Assembly: GCF_009914755.1 (NCBI RefSeq)
Contig: NC_060928.1
DNA from: the human T2T-CHM13v2.0 reference genome, Homo sapiens
Length of the DNA: 64,000 bases
Direction: 5' to 3' (one strand)
The position numbers and the translations under genes were made by a program. Below, piece by piece: positions 13,450 through 28,562 of the stretch (position 1 is the first letter of the stretch; each line of letters begins with the position of its first letter). Below the pieces are notes generated by a model, which saw only the letters and a list, made by a program, of their open reading frames with translations, was not told the DNA's origin and did no database searches.

Positions 13450-16400
13450 AATGATTTAAAGCATTTGAGGTACTCAATTGTTGTTACATCAAGTGTTCTC
13501 TATATGTTAATTAGATGCTGTTGGTTTATTTGGTTTGTTCACGTATTGGTTGGTTATTTGGTTGGTTCACATAGTCTATATCCTGTCATTGTTCTTTCTA
13601 GTAGTTTTATCAACTGCTACAAAGGAGGTATTGAATTCTCCTACTCTAATTGAGCTCCATCATTTTTGCTTCATGCATTTTGAGGCTTTGTTTTTTGGCG
13701 CATAAAAACTTAGAATTTTTAATTCTAGTCTTCCTGGTGGAACGGATCCTTTTTCATTATGCAATATCCCTGTTTGTTTTTAGTAAAATTTTTGCTCTGA
13801 AGTCTATTTATCTGAAATTAATAATAATTTAGCCACTCCTAGGGTTTTTTGTATTAATGTTTCTATAATAAATATATTTTTCCATCTTTTTACTTTCACC
13901 CTACCTATGTCACCAAATTTAAAGTGATTTTCTTCTAAAAAGTATATGATGAGTCTACATGTTTAAAATCCATTCCACCAATCTATGCCTTTTGGTTAGT
14001 ACATTTAGATAATTTACATTTCTATTTACTGGTATTATTGATATGTTAGAACTGAAGTCTGATCATTTATTTATTTATTTTTTGTTTTCTCTAGCTCTTG
14101 TTCCTCTATTTTTTTCTTTTATTGCCTCCTGTGAGTACTTTGAACACTTTTGGAATTCCATCTTGACTTATTTCTACTGGGCTTGAGTGAATATTATTGT
14201 GTGTTTTAATTTGTGATTGTTCTGAGTATGACGATATACATGTATGACAATATAGTTTGCTAGTATCAACTTTTTTGTCTTAAAGGGAAGTGTGAAAACT
14301 TTGATTTCATATAATATGTCCTTTTGATTTTCCAGCTTTTAAATATTATTGTCTTGACTAAAAGATAGTGTAATAATTTTTGTTTCAATCTTCAAATCTA
14401 ATTTATAAAACCCTTAAGAAAAAGGTAATTCATTGTATATACTGATATTTCTGCTTTTTTCCATTTTTCTTTTTTCAACCTGACACTCCAGGTTTCCCTA
14501 TTTTTATAATTTCCTTTCAGTTTGAGCTACTTTCTTTAACCTGTCTGTAGTACAGGTCTTTTGGCTGTAAATTATTTTGGCTTTCCTTTGAAGCATGTAT
14601 CTACTTTCTCTTCATTCCTGAAGGACAGTTTCACCAGATATAAATTTATAGTTGATAATTCTTTTTTCAGCACTTGAAAAATGCGTCACTTCCTTCTGGT
14701 CTCCATAAATTCAGATGAGAAGTCTTCTATCACTTGAATTGGTGTTTACCTATAATTAGTGCATTGTTTCTCTCTAGCAGCTTTGAAGATTTTCCTCAAG
14801 TCTTTAGTTTTTAAAAATTTAGTTATGATATGTCTTGGTGTGAATTTCCTTAGGTTTATCCTCTTTTGTGTTGACCCAACTTCCCACCAAATTTGAGAAA
14901 TTTTTGGCCATTTTGCTATGAAGAGTCATTTAGCTCCATGTTTATTCACCTACCTTTCTAAAACCTGATGAAAAAAATGTAAATCTTTAGTTACTGTCCC
15001 ACAGTTACCTGAGGCACTATTTCCTCCTCCTCCTCCTTCTTCTTCCAACATTTTTTTTCTTTGTTCAGATTTGGTAAATTCTCTTTATTTGTTCTCAAGG
15101 CCACCAGTTCTCTCCTCTACATCTCCATTCTATTATTAAGCCTATCCCACAAGTTTTTAGTTTGGTTATTTTATTTTTCATTTCTATATTTCCATGTGGT
15201 TCTTTTTTGATAATTTCTATGGCTTGACTAAGATTTTCTATTTTTTATTTGTTTTAGGAGGATTTTTAATTACTGTTGAAACAGTTTTATGATAGCTGCT
15301 GCTTTTCAGTGTTGTCATCAATTTTCATATTTTCTTACATAAGTTGGGATTTACTTTGTTCTTGCAGGGATAGCTAATTTCACTTGTATATAGTATATTT
15401 TGGCTATTAATTTGGAAAATATTAGGTTCTACAAAAGTACTTTATTTTAGCAGACAGTCATCTTGTTTTGCTTTAGCATGCAGATCCTGGACTATTGAGA
15501 AGAGGGGGGCCTGTGGTTCTAATGACAAATTAATTTTTGAGCCTTTGCCGTGTTATTTTTCTCTGTGTGGTTTACCTGATACTACTGGGGTTTCCACCGG
15601 TCCTCACTAATTGCTGCCTTAGGTAGTCAAAGGTGATTTGCCAGGTGAGGTAGACTAGGTGTGGGAAGCAAGTCTCTGGGCCACAAGAATAAAAAGTTCC
15701 CCAGTCTAGGTGGCTTGTGGCAGGATTCTTCTTGCTGCCAGTTTAAGCAGTATCTGTGAGTGAAGAAGGGAGTTCCATGACTGGTGGAGAAGAGCATTTC
15801 TCAGGCCGGGCACTTTTTGGAGCTGGATACCCACTTTTTGTGGACGAGGGACTGCTGCTTACGCTGGGGTTTCTTGTGGAATCTCTTTGCCATTGCCACT
15901 TTGCTGCCCAAGTGTGTCTCTGCAGCTGAGGAGAGGCTCAGGCCCATAAGGATGACGGGCTTCCTGGGCCACAGCACTTTCTCTGACAACATCCACTTGC
16001 AGGTGGCCCTCAGCTACCTGGCATTTCTCAGTGGGGAGGGGGATTCTCAGTACCAAGGGAACTAACAGGCTTTTCAGACTAGGTGCTTTTTGTGGCAAGG
16101 TCCCCCTTGCAGATATTCACAGTCACTCAGCATCTCTGGCTGGAAAAGAAGGTCTCAGGCTATGAGTGGAAAGACTTTCAACCTGATAATCGGGCCACAT
16201 ATTGCTAGCAGTCCCAGATTGTACTCCTTTGCCCAGCTGCTGTGGGTGAGACTCCTATTCAATCCAGGGTAGAAATAAGGCTTTCTGGACTGCCTTCTGT
16301 TGCTACTTTGGGAGTCAAGAAACGTGAGATATGGGTTGCTTTCTCTTCATGGTTGAAAGATCTTAAGATGTCCTGCCACTCTCTTCTTTTCCCAATTCTG

Positions 16401-16550
16401 AAGTTCCTACACAGTGAACTTCCTGCCTCCTCCTTTCACCATTCTCCCGTGGTCACGTCTTGAATTATTTCCTGTGTTTGGAATTGTACTTAGTGGGAAG
16501 AAGCAGGGAGAAAAGGGTCTACAACATCTTGTTCTGACCAGAATTTAGAT
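13450..16550 (-). mobile_element. Old L1M, 5' part (5'UTR, ORF1, start of ORF2)
   Basis: T-rich antisense L1 phrases (TTCATTCCTGAAGGACAGTTTCACCAGATAT; GATATGTCTTGGTGTGAATTTCCTTAGGTTTATCC) grading into GC-richer 5'UTR-like sequence at 15500-16550. Confidence 0.75.
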
Positions 16551-16590
16551 TAGATACAAAGGAACAATGGTTTGTCTTAGAAATTCTAAA

Positions 16591-16948
<358 letters not shown>

Positions 16949-18759
16949 TAATTTTCTTTGTTTCCAACTGGAACTTAAAGCTTAATTTTGTTTTATTACA
17001 ACCGCTTGTTATTACAGATGCTGTTAGAGTTCTTAAAGTTAGTTTACCTAAACTATGTTTCCTTTTAAAACTAATTGCTATGCTTTAGAGAAAAATATAT
17101 GGCAGGGCCTGAGCTAAACTGAATATTTCTTTCCCTTCTTTTTTTCCTACTAACAAAAGAAATGCATTAGCACATTACTCTGGTTCAGAAGAAATATGAA
17201 CTCAGGGTAACTCTAATTTGGTCTCTAGCTAACTAGAAGAATAAAATATCTTTTTTATACCTTTGAAGATGAGTAGCTTCAATTAATTGCTATATAGGGA
17301 TAGATCATTAAAATGGTTCTTTAAATTTTTTTCCCTAAATTCTATTAATAAGTAGAATATATGCAATGCAAACAAAAACATTTCATATGATGTTTTCTGA
17401 AAACCTGAACTAATTTATATCAATTTTGGTAGCATGCTTTTAATTATAATTTAGTTACATATTTGTTCTTATTGTAAGAAAGATAACAGAAATCTACTGT
17501 GCAGTGAGACTTTTTCCTCTTTACTTGAAATGTTTTTACTTCTTATTCTTCTGATTCCATAATTAAAAGTAAAAAAAAAAATTTGTCCTTTTTTCTATAT
17601 TTTTTAACATAAACATTTTTGCAAGTTACACCCATAGTTTTCCCCTCAATAATTATAGCTAAACACTTAACCAACTTCTTGTTTAAACCTAAAAAAGAAT
17701 TTTTGGTTTCCATTTAAGTTTGCACTTAAAAAACCTTAAATTTTTTAAGGAAATTGGATGTGATCTGATTCTGTGTTTGTAGATATTCATTGAGTTTTTT
17801 ATTGGTGGCATAATTTATTATTTTAGCTTCTAGAGCGGCCCTAGAAATAGTGTGGATGACCTGGAGAAAAGAGACTTTAAATATGTTGGGCATATTTTAT
17901 GACACTACTGCATATAAAAGCAGGTGGTTTGCTAATATATCTATGAATATGCCATGCCTGTTTAGTTTATATAAACTAATATAATAGTGCAATAAGGAAA
18001 AAAAATAGTGAAACTAGAATACCTTAATCAAAATTTGCCTATATTATTTTGAATATATTTCCTCATGATTTTGACCCAGCTTGGCCTTAGACACACATAG
18101 ACTGATGTTAAACTGACAAAATACTAATTTTACAAGATTGATTTAACTAGAAGAATGTAAGTCGCAATGTTAATTCAAATACAATATTATCACAATTGTT
18201 GAGTTCTCTAAAATGTTGATTTACCTCAGCAATTTTAAAAAGGCATGCTCACTGGTAAATGTTCAGATTAAGAAATATATTCCATGGATTTTTTGAAATA
18301 CAAATTGCTCAATTGAGGTTACCCTTTACCTGATGGTATTAGGATAAATATTTATACTTTAGATTTGAATTTAGAATTTGATGAAAGTATTGACTAATTA
18401 CGAAAGGGAAGAATAATACCTTATTATCAAGATGTTATTTTTAACGGGGAAAATCTGGCAGCAGCCTCACCTTACAAACAACTTTATCTAGTAGTTTACA
18501 AGGGACCCACAGTATACTGTCATACAACTTACAGTCCTGAAAGAATAAACACTAAGGGGCTTGCTATAAAAAATAAATTTATGAAGCATAATTACATTCT
18601 TTTGGTAAGGTTATGAGTTGAGTATTACATAAAGGCAATCATGTTTATGAAGAAGGTAAATAATTTTAATACCATAGCTGCACTCTCTATCTTATTAAGG
18701 AGAAAAAGTTAGCCTGGATAGAATAAAACAATAAGTCAAGAGGAATTTTTTATAAGGTA

Positions 18760-19162
18760 TGTTAAAAGAAAAACTTTAGACAAATTTCACAGAGTTTTTT
18801 TGAGAAAAAGAACAATTAATGAATCAGGCAGCACTCGGAACCAAAAGACGTTCAGATGGCTCTGCCCAGCATGTAAGCAGTGAGCCTTGGAAGCAAAGTA
18901 GAGAAACCGCCTTATTGGCTACAGGGAGGCATCCATCGTAATTGTGTATGGTGTGATTAGTTGGCTGTCTGTGATTGGCTGAAGCATGACTGTTGTTGAT
19001 TGACTGAAAACTGGATATTTTGGGAAAAAAACCCACCAACATGTATTCCTAAATTAGGTTTTGGTTTGTTAATGTGCTAAGTCAAATTGTTGTTAGTTAA
19101 TTAGTAACCCTAAGTAAGGAGACAGCCTCAGGCTAATGACGTCTTGCTTATTTAATTTAACA
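18760..19162 (-). mobile_element. MER57/MER93-group ERV1 solo LTR
   Basis: TGTTAAAAGAAAAACTTTAGACAAATT ... TTTAATTTAACA termini; 4-bp TSD GGTA/GCTA; repeated ATTGG/GTTGG boxes. Confidence 0.8.
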
Positions 19163-19290
19163 GCTACTGTGTGCCAGAGAGGTAATCTCACTTAAACCTC
19201 CTATAAACCTTGCCAAATAAGTCAAACAGATCAGAACAAGAAAATGTAAAGCCTCAGTGAATTTCATTAAGTTGCTCAACATTACACAAC
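19163..19290 (-). mobile_element. MIR fragment
   Basis: CTACTGTGTGCCAG...ATCTCACTTAAACCTC...TTAAGTTGCTCAACATTACACAAC resembles the antisense MIR core. Confidence 0.5.
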
Positions 19291-19527
19291 TCCTTTTTTC
19301 ATAGTACTTAAATCAATTTAATCAATAATTAAGGCATAATTTTTTACCTAATGTCTGTGTGCTCTGGTAAAATAAAAATTATTCTTGGCCACTTTGTAGT
19401 CTCCAGAATCTTTCCTTGTATTTGCTTTTGATAAATATTTGTTGTATAAATAAATCAATGTTTTAGGAGGATGGATTGATGGATCAAAAGAAAATAGGAA
19501 AATCTGACGAAAAATTTTAACACAGTT

Positions 19528-19901
<374 letters not shown>

Positions 19902-19947
19902 CTATTTTCTGTTTTAGTTTATTCCACATATCAACATATTTTCTTCC

Positions 19948-20421
19948 TGGATTAGGTTCCTGTGTTTGCTGTACCAAGCAATCACAAACTTAATGGCTTA
20001 AAACAACAGGAATATTTATTCTCTCACAGTTCTGGAGGGCAGAAGTCTGAAATCAAGGTATGGCAAGGCAGTCCTCTCTCTGGAGGCTCTAGGGGAGACA
20101 CTGATTCTTGCTGCCTCTAACTTCTGGTGGCTGCCAGCATTCTTTTCACCGTTTAGCCTGTGGTTGCATCACTCCAGTATCTCCCTCCATCTTTAGATAG
20201 GCTCTCCCCTGTGAGTTTGTGTGTCAAATTCTCTATTCTTTTAACTTATAAAGACACTAGTGATTGGATTGATGGACTGTTCAGATAATCTAGCATAATC
20301 TCCCTAGGTCAAAATCCGTAGCTCAGTCACAATTGCAAAGACACCTTCTCCTAATTAATTAACACTTACAGGTTCCAAGTTTTAAAAGTTGATATCTTTG
20401 GGTAGCCATTATCCAGCCTAC
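19948..20421 (-). mobile_element. MLT1C-like MaLR solo LTR
   Basis: GGCTTAAAACAACAGGAATATTTATTCTCTCACAGTTCTGGAGG..AAGTCTGAAATCAAGG; GGAGGCTCTAGGGGAGA; CCATTATCCAGCCTAC. Confidence 0.85.
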
Positions 20422-21139
20422 GCCTCCTCCCATATATCATTATATATATTGAGGATTTTCCATTTGCAGATATGGAGGAAGTTAAGCCTACAGAAATTAT
20501 AAACTGAAGTTGCTAAATATATTTCTTCCCTTGGATCATGCAGAAAATTAAACTTGTGGAAAAATTCATTTTAATTCAAAAAAGTTAAGGAAGAGAATTT
20601 TGGAAATTGTGGAGGAGTTTTTATTTATACTGAATTCTGTATGAAATGTCATATTCCCATACACCATTCATTAGGAAATAGTTAAAATTTTGTGCATGTA
20701 TTAGTAATTATTCCTCATGACTTCCCTTAAACTTACACCTTACTTGAATGTCTCATCTCTACTTCTCAATTCTGAAGTAATTTTCATTTCTGACTTGATA
20801 TTTATTAACCTTACACTTAGGAAAGAGCATAGAAAGAAAATTGACTAAAGCAAATGACTGGCCTATTTATTGGCTGAATAAATCAAAATAGAGAAATTAG
20901 AAACTCCAAAATTATATCTTACCTTAAAAATAGACTAATAACTCTCAAAGAGAATTATGATTGCTCTTTGTGAAATAAAAGAGATAATAGATTGAGAAAC
21001 AAAGAACCTTACTGGCCTACAGAAAGGAATATATAAAATTGATGAAAATGATGTCTTTGAGATTCTCATAAAATTAACTGCTTTTTAAATAACATTTTAA
21101 TACCCGTTATTGACAAATTGCTGTTCTGGGACTTCTGAA

Positions 21140-21362
21140 ACAGCAGCCACCTGGGTTTCTTGGAAAGTTTGCTCTGTGTGAAGGTAGCTGGCATGGAAAG
21201 AGTTCACATCTCTGAGACCACCATACTCTGAGGAAGTTCAAGGTACTACGAAGAGATGCAAAGAAGCCTTCAGATAACCACACTCCACTCATGATCCAAC
21301 TGTGGCTTCATTACCTAGGTGAAAACCATGCAGAAGAGCCCAGTTAATCCCTAGAATTGTTA
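21140..21362 (+). mobile_element. MLT1 (G/H-like) LTR fragment
   Basis: CTGAGACCACCATACTCTGAGGAAGTTCAAG and GCCCAGTTAATCCCTAGAATTGT resemble MLT1G/H. Confidence 0.5.
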
Positions 21363-21439
21363 AGAGATTATACTAAATCATCACATAATTAGAACATTTT
21401 CAACATGAAAATTATGACTCAGTCATAATTTACTTACTC

Positions 21440-21505
21440 ATAATTTAAGTAAATGGCCCAAGGTCACATAAATAAGTGATAAATTTGGGATTCAAACCTA
21501 GTTTA
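21440..21505 (-). mobile_element. MIR core fragment
   Basis: TTAAGTAAATGGCCCAAGGTCACA...GGGATTCAAACCTAG. Confidence 0.7.
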
Positions 21506-22010
21506 TTCATCTTAATGCATTTTTGTACCCATCCTCTTATACGATTTCCTTATGTGGCTTACTTTTGTTGTTGTTTTTCTCTTCCACTGCAGGCAACCTA
21601 CTGAGGCTTTTTCACCTCATGAACTAGTTTCTCCATATATATAGTTTTCCATCTCTTTCCTTCTCTTCCTTCCTCATCATTAGAATCTTCATTATCATAA
21701 CAGTGACAACTTACATTTAGTAAGTCTGAAGTAAATGACAGACATCTAGCCTGAGATATGTAACAAGAATTTGGCACCTCTCGTTAAATAGCTCCCCAAC
21801 TCATCCCCCACATGAGAGTCAAATTGTCATATCTAGATTCTGTGTTTAATAAACCACACTTTACTTAAACATTTCCTTTTCTTTTGGGATAGAGACCATA
21901 TTCTCTATGGCATTTTTATTCTAGAAGGCAGTGTGGAAAATAAGCATGGATATTGAGGTAAATTTAGCTGGTAATAATTGCCATTAAAAAATAATAAATT
22001 AAGCAATGTA

Positions 22011-22376
22011 CAGGTTGAGCAACCTAATCTCAAAATGAAAAATGCTCCAAAATCCAAAATGCTCAAAAATCTAAAACATTTCGAATGCTAACATGAGATC
22101 ATAAGTGGATAATTCCATACCACACTTCATGTGATAGGTCACAGTTAAAACACAGTCAAAACTTTGTTTCATGCACACAATTATTAAAAATATTGTATAA
22201 AATTACCTTCTTGCTAAATATGTAAGGTGTATATGAAACAAAAATGAATTTAAGTTTAGACTAGGCTCCCTTCCTTAAGATATCTTATGTATATGCAAAT
22301 ATTCCAAAACCCAAACAACTCTAAAATACAAAACACTTCTGGTTCGGAGCATTTTTGGTCAGAAATTCTCAACCTG
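22011..22376. mobile_element. Tigger4b (MER46/Zombi) non-autonomous DNA transposon, complete
   Basis: Terminal inverted repeats CAGGTTGAG...CTCAACCTG flanked by TA on both sides; internal AAATGCTCCAAAATCC and AAACTTTGTTTCATGCAC. Confidence 0.92.
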
Positions 22377-22417
22377 TAGTAGAAGGGACACCATGGGCAG
22401 AGTGAGGCAGGAGATTA

Positions 22418-22801
<384 letters not shown>

Positions 22802-22984
22802 TTAAGGAGGAAGCAGCATTTTAAAAAAAGATGTTATAGAGATTTTTGGGGGCTGTGTAATATTAACACTGCAGTAATAGGAAATTTGACTTTTATAACT
22901 AGTATATTTTAAAAAGAAATGAAGTTGTTAAATAAAGGGGTTAGCATGGTATGATTTACAACTGCTGTTCAGCAGGGCGGATGC

Positions 22985-23520
22985 AGAAGCAGGGAGACCA
23001 TGAAGTGACCCTTGTAGAACTGAATTAAGAGCTGTTTGCAACTTGGAATAGATGATGGCAATAAAGATGAAGAAGACGAATGCTGGAATCAATAGGATAT
23101 CCTGATAGATTTGGATCTGAGGAATGAGGAAAAAGAAAAGAACGAGGAAAGTCTGTGAACATTTGCTGCAAGGAGCTGTAGAAGATGGGATCCGCTTACA
23201 GTAATTAGCCTGAGAGAATGGAGAAAGCATTTTTGAAGAGCTCTGTTTTATTTAGCTTAAGAGGCCTATTGAAATCCAATATATGAATGTTAATTGTTTA
23301 GGCAATAGATATATGATCTGAACAAGAGAGGGCTGCTTGGAAAACACCTGCAGGTAGAGTGATAGGACTGAATGGAATCTTTTTGTGAGAAAGATAGAGA
23401 AGAGGGTGCAGGGATGATTCCTGCAGGATGTGCAAGGTGAGAGTTCAGAGTATGAAGAGCGAGCAGGTGATAGAGAAGGGAAGAAAACTGATGTAAGCAA
23501 ACTTAGACTGTGTTTTTTCT
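22985..23520 (-). mobile_element. LINE-2 fragments
   Basis: Purine-rich antisense L2 phrases (GAGGCCTATTGAAATCCAA; GATAGATTTGGATCTGAGG). Confidence 0.55.
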
Positions 23521-24616
23521 CAGAATCAAGTAACAGGATCTCTGAATTTTCCAAGCTCTGCATGTGTGCATATATGCCTTTGTGTGGGTGTGTGTTTATG
23601 ACATTTAAAGCATGTTGAGGGCCAAGAAATGTTCATTGCTTTTAGCGACAAGAAGAATTGAAGTCTAACTAACTCTCTTTTAAATTATTTTTCTCTTGGA
23701 TAATTCATTGTGACTTTCTGGATGCTTATGGGCACTCTTGCTTCTGTGGAAGGCTCTGAACTGAATTCCTCCAGTCTTCTTTCTTTTTCACAACTGGTTG
23801 ACAATCAAGGCCAGGCCTGAGGCTCACCAGCTGTGAGTACTACACGTTGTGCCAGACAGTGCTACTTGATCTGCCCGTCCTTAGAGCCACAGTAATGGCC
23901 ATGTAGAGCAACAATCCGCATGTGCTGTGCAAACATCGCTGAAAACAACTCTGAAATACAGTTTCGCTCAGTTCATGTGTCCACGAGAAACTCTGAGATG
24001 ACAAAACGTAAATCTTTTTTTTTTTTTTCATTAAAGTAGATAAATCCTTCAACTGGAAGAAAACAAAACAGAAAGAATTACTTCTTCCAAGTGTAGATCT
24101 ATAGATTTTGGATTTTTTTCATTTCTTTTTTTCTTTATGAAGTGGAAGATGCAAAAAGGGGCTGATCAACAAACCCTGATCTCTCAACTGGCCCATCAGT
24201 CTGTAGTTAGTTAAAACACAGAAGCCAATAGTTTGTGACACAATGCTGTTAAGTGGGAATGAGGGATTTGTTTAATACAATTTAAAATGATTTTGTGGTG
24301 TGCCTCATAGTCATAAAACATTTTATTCAAAACATAGAGTATAATAAATACAGGTACCTAATATTAATCCAACAGAAACTATACATTTTACTATTAATAG
24401 ACAAGTGAAGATCTCTCTCCAATCAATAGAGAATATCAGTTTGAAGGGACAAGCGATGATTGGCTGATTAAATTGACAACCTGCACTCAACCAGCTGACC
24501 ATTCTTAGTGAAATAATTCAGAGTGACAGCCAGATTTCTCGATCTGGTCCTGTTTGTGTGTCAATCACTTGCCAATACTTCTGAGTCACTCACAGATTTC
24601 CATGCAACTGTGTTGA

Positions 24617-24838
<222 letters not shown>

Positions 24839-26128
24839 TTCTTAATTCTACACATTCCTTTTAAAAATTAATTTCTTTCTAACTCATTCAGTCTATTCAT
24901 GGTTCTGGACTCTCCACACTCCTGCTCTCACTGGGCAGGTAGGGAAATTCTCCACATTGATGAAGTGCTAATCCCTCGACCCTCATCATAGCCACGCTAG
25001 CATTGGCTTCAGTTGACCTGAAGTGTTTGGGAGAAAAGTGAGAGATTTAACTACTTTAACCTCAATATTGACTTCACTGCTTACAAATATTTAACTGCCT
25101 GTATATTAATATATCCTTTAATATGTCCCCATGTACTGCATGTGTGTGTTCTGTTTCTGTAATTAGATTATAAACCCACTGGGGACAAAGCCATTTCATG
25201 CATTTTTTTAAACCCCTAGTGTATATTAATACAGTGACTTGCAAATCGTTGATAATAAAAATATTAGCTAATGGTAAAAAAGAATTACAACTAGATATTT
25301 ATAGGCCTCTCTTTTACTAGCTTAGGTAAAAATTATATTGAATTAATTCTTATGTGCCATTAACTCCTTTTAAAGGTCTTGAAGCTATAAAATAATACAT
25401 GTTTATTGAATATAATTATGCAACATATTTTAAGCATCAATACATCCATTTTTGTGAACCATAGTAAATTAGGTATACTATCTTACAATGTGATTAATTT
25501 TCATATTCCTTTGTATTTTGATTTGGGTATTTGTTATATTTTTCCATTTTCAGCTGTATTTGTTTTACTTTTCCTCCTAATTTTTAAATTACTTGAGAAA
25601 GAGTGAAAATCTTTAACTTCATGTGTAAACCTTCATAGCAGTGAAAGTATTAGTCTGCAGTGATAGTACTCAATATATGTAATTGATCATTTTATTAATT
25701 GCCTGTCTCTGTAAACTTTGGTCAAAGTAAATTTGTTTCACAAGAGTATGCTGAATACCAGCCAAGATGCATAAGCTGTTTCCTAGGGGAATAACTTGCG
25801 GGCCCATGGATTGTTTATATATTTTTATGATGTTGGGTAACTGTTCCATAACATTAAGTTTCTGTGTTTACCTGAATACTTAGAAGAATATAAAAGCTTC
25901 TTAGCCTTAAACAAAATATTTCTGAAAAAGAAATCATTTAATCATGCTTATAAAGTGAATGAGAAATACAATAAGTATGATTCTGGCAAGTCTCAAAGCA
26001 AAATTTCTCAGAAAAAAAGAAGTGATAGTCTCACCATTCTCCCTAACTAGGGAAGCACTTTTATCCCTATCACTCATAAAGCAATAACACTTTATTCTCA
26101 CAGTATTCTTTTTGCAAAAGAATGTAAG

Positions 26129-26884
26129 TGTTGACAAAAAGAGTCAAACTCTGTAAAATATTTTAAGAGATTTATTCTGAGTCAGATATGAGTGGCCACG
26201 GCCTGTGACACAGCCCTCAGGAGGTCCTGAGAACATGTGCCCAAGGTGGCTGCGGTACAGCTTGGTTTTATATATTTTAGGGAGGCATGAGACATCAATC
26301 AAATAGATTTAAGAAACACATTGGTTTGGTTCAGAAAGGCGGGACAACTCAAAGCGGGGGCTTACAGGCTATAGGTAAATTTAAACATTTTCTGGTTGAC
26401 GGTTGAGTTTGTCTAAAGATCTGGGATTGATAGAAAGGAATGTTTAGGTTAAAGGTAAAGGATTGTGGAAACCAAGTTTTATTGTGCAGCGGAAGCTCTC
26501 GGATAGCTGAGAGAGCAGAGAGACAGCAGGTTGTAAATTGTTTCTTATGGGACTTAAGAGGGTGCCTGGTTCTTAGTTGATTATCTCCTGGATTTGGGAA
26601 GGAAGGAAGGAAGGAAAACAGAGGGGTAAGGGGATTCTATAGAATGTGGCTATTTCCCACAAGAGACTTGGCAGGGCAATTTCAAGTTATGGCAAGGAAA
26701 TATATTTTGGGGTAAAGCATTTTGATTTTCTTCCTTGTTATGCCAGAGTCAGATTGGAAAGTAAGTTACGATATACAGGGCTAAATAAATCCCACCTGAT
26801 TAGAATTTATGGTTTGTAGGGCATGAGTCCCCAGACCCCTTAGAAAGGAATTTGGGTAAGATAAAAATCAGAACTTAGTCCTCA
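26129..26884 (-). mobile_element. MER4E-like ERV1 solo LTR
   Basis: TGTTGACAAAAAGAGTCAAACTCTG ... CAGCCCTCAGGAGGTCCTGAGAACATGTGCCCAAGG ... AGAACTTAGTCCTCA; TSD TAAG/TGAG. Confidence 0.88.
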
Positions 26885-28562
26885 TGAGAGTAAAAAAAAA
26901 TAAACACACACATGCACACACAAAGAAACAGAACAAAACTTACATGTTAGCTTTCTTTTTTTTTTTAATAGGGGAATTTAAATGTGACACTCAGAACGTT
27001 TTAGTCATATTAAAAGTGCACCAGATTTCAAGTGTAGATATAATCCAACTAGACAAATACTCTCCTGGACCACTGTGGCTCTAGTTCTAACATTTAGCTG
27101 TTTTCCTCATAACCAAAGGATTCCAGTATACTGTAGCAGATTATAAGGCAGTAAAATGGATTACTCATCTCTTATTCCTGCTTAATATGGTGCATGTTTA
27201 AGAAATAGAGAGCCATAGGTTATGTATTTTATGTAATGTTATGGGAGATAATATTATCAAGATGATGTTTGATCCTTAACATAGGATCTTTCTTCTCTAT
27301 CCCCATTCCAATATTTGCATTTCAAGAATGCCCTTATCTTTTGTTGTCTGGAGTTCTGCAGTAGTCTATTAACAGCTAGTAAGTGTTTACAATCACAGTC
27401 ACCTTAATTCTCTCCTTCACCTACTGCCAAAATGAGCTTTGTAAACCAAAGCTCATTCTTCTCCTTTAGTCCCCACCACTGGAAACTCTGTAAGTGTCCC
27501 TAGGTTGCTTTCCTTGATTTCATATTTAACACGCATATTTATTTCATTGTACAATTTGGACTGTTGTGCATATTTCTAGTATTTTATTTATAGTAACAAT
27601 TTAAATTTTAGACCAGAATGTTCCAACGTATTCATATGTCCATTTTCTGAAGGTTAATGCAAGTTTCCAAATCAAATATTCAACTATAAAACCAAATAGA
27701 AAATACTAAGATGGTAATGTCATCAGTTTCTAATGTGCTTGAGTTATTTTCATGTGTATGATAATTTCAAGAACCCCTGTGTAACCTGATTAGCAATAAC
27801 AACAACTTCACTCCAAAATTTTGGAGAAGTTTACAGATATTGCAAAAATGTGTACTTATTTGCCAATTGTTTAATGCATCAAACATAACAACCACATATT
27901 TTTAAAATATTTATTTGGTAAGTAAGTAAGCATTATTTAAGAAATCCATATCATGGTGAAAAGAATTCACTGTGACTTTCCAGACAACTTATAGGCAAGT
28001 TTACAGGGTATCAAAAAACAGCATTCTTTTATGTTATCAGTTTATTCAATTCACTTATTAACTGATCATTGAGGAAATGACTTTCCTGTTTACTACCTGT
28101 CACCTAGTGAGTTAACACCTGTAATCATATAGAAATAGTAATCAGACTACAATGATTATTTTTAGTTTATTTATATTTGGGTTAATTTTCATTTAAGTAT
28201 TGTTATTGATAGGTTAGAGATGAAACAGCTTGAGTGAATTTTTTAAATTATAATTTAATAAAAGAAGCTCAATGCTCTTAACTTGGGGTTACTGGGATTT
28301 TGAGACGCCAGAACAAGTGGCTAAAGAAAACTAGAGACTCATTTGATAAGTATCAATCAATTCAGCTAGCCTTTTTTTGTTGCAGTTACAGGAAATATAA
28401 TCAAGCAGCACATAGGTCTGTGTATTCCCAATTATCATTCAACACTCCATAACTGTTATTTATAACTCTATGGAATGGTAACATTTGGGAGGAACAAGTG
28501 TGAGCCTCTGAAGAAAGGCTACTAAGGAAAAGAGAAACAGCTATGGTCATGTTTAAGCTCGA

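Noticed and set aside
17829-17845. TCTAGAGCGGCC resembling an XbaI-NotI vector polylinker
   Set aside because: Only 12 nt match, the NotI site is incomplete, and there is no other vector sequence.
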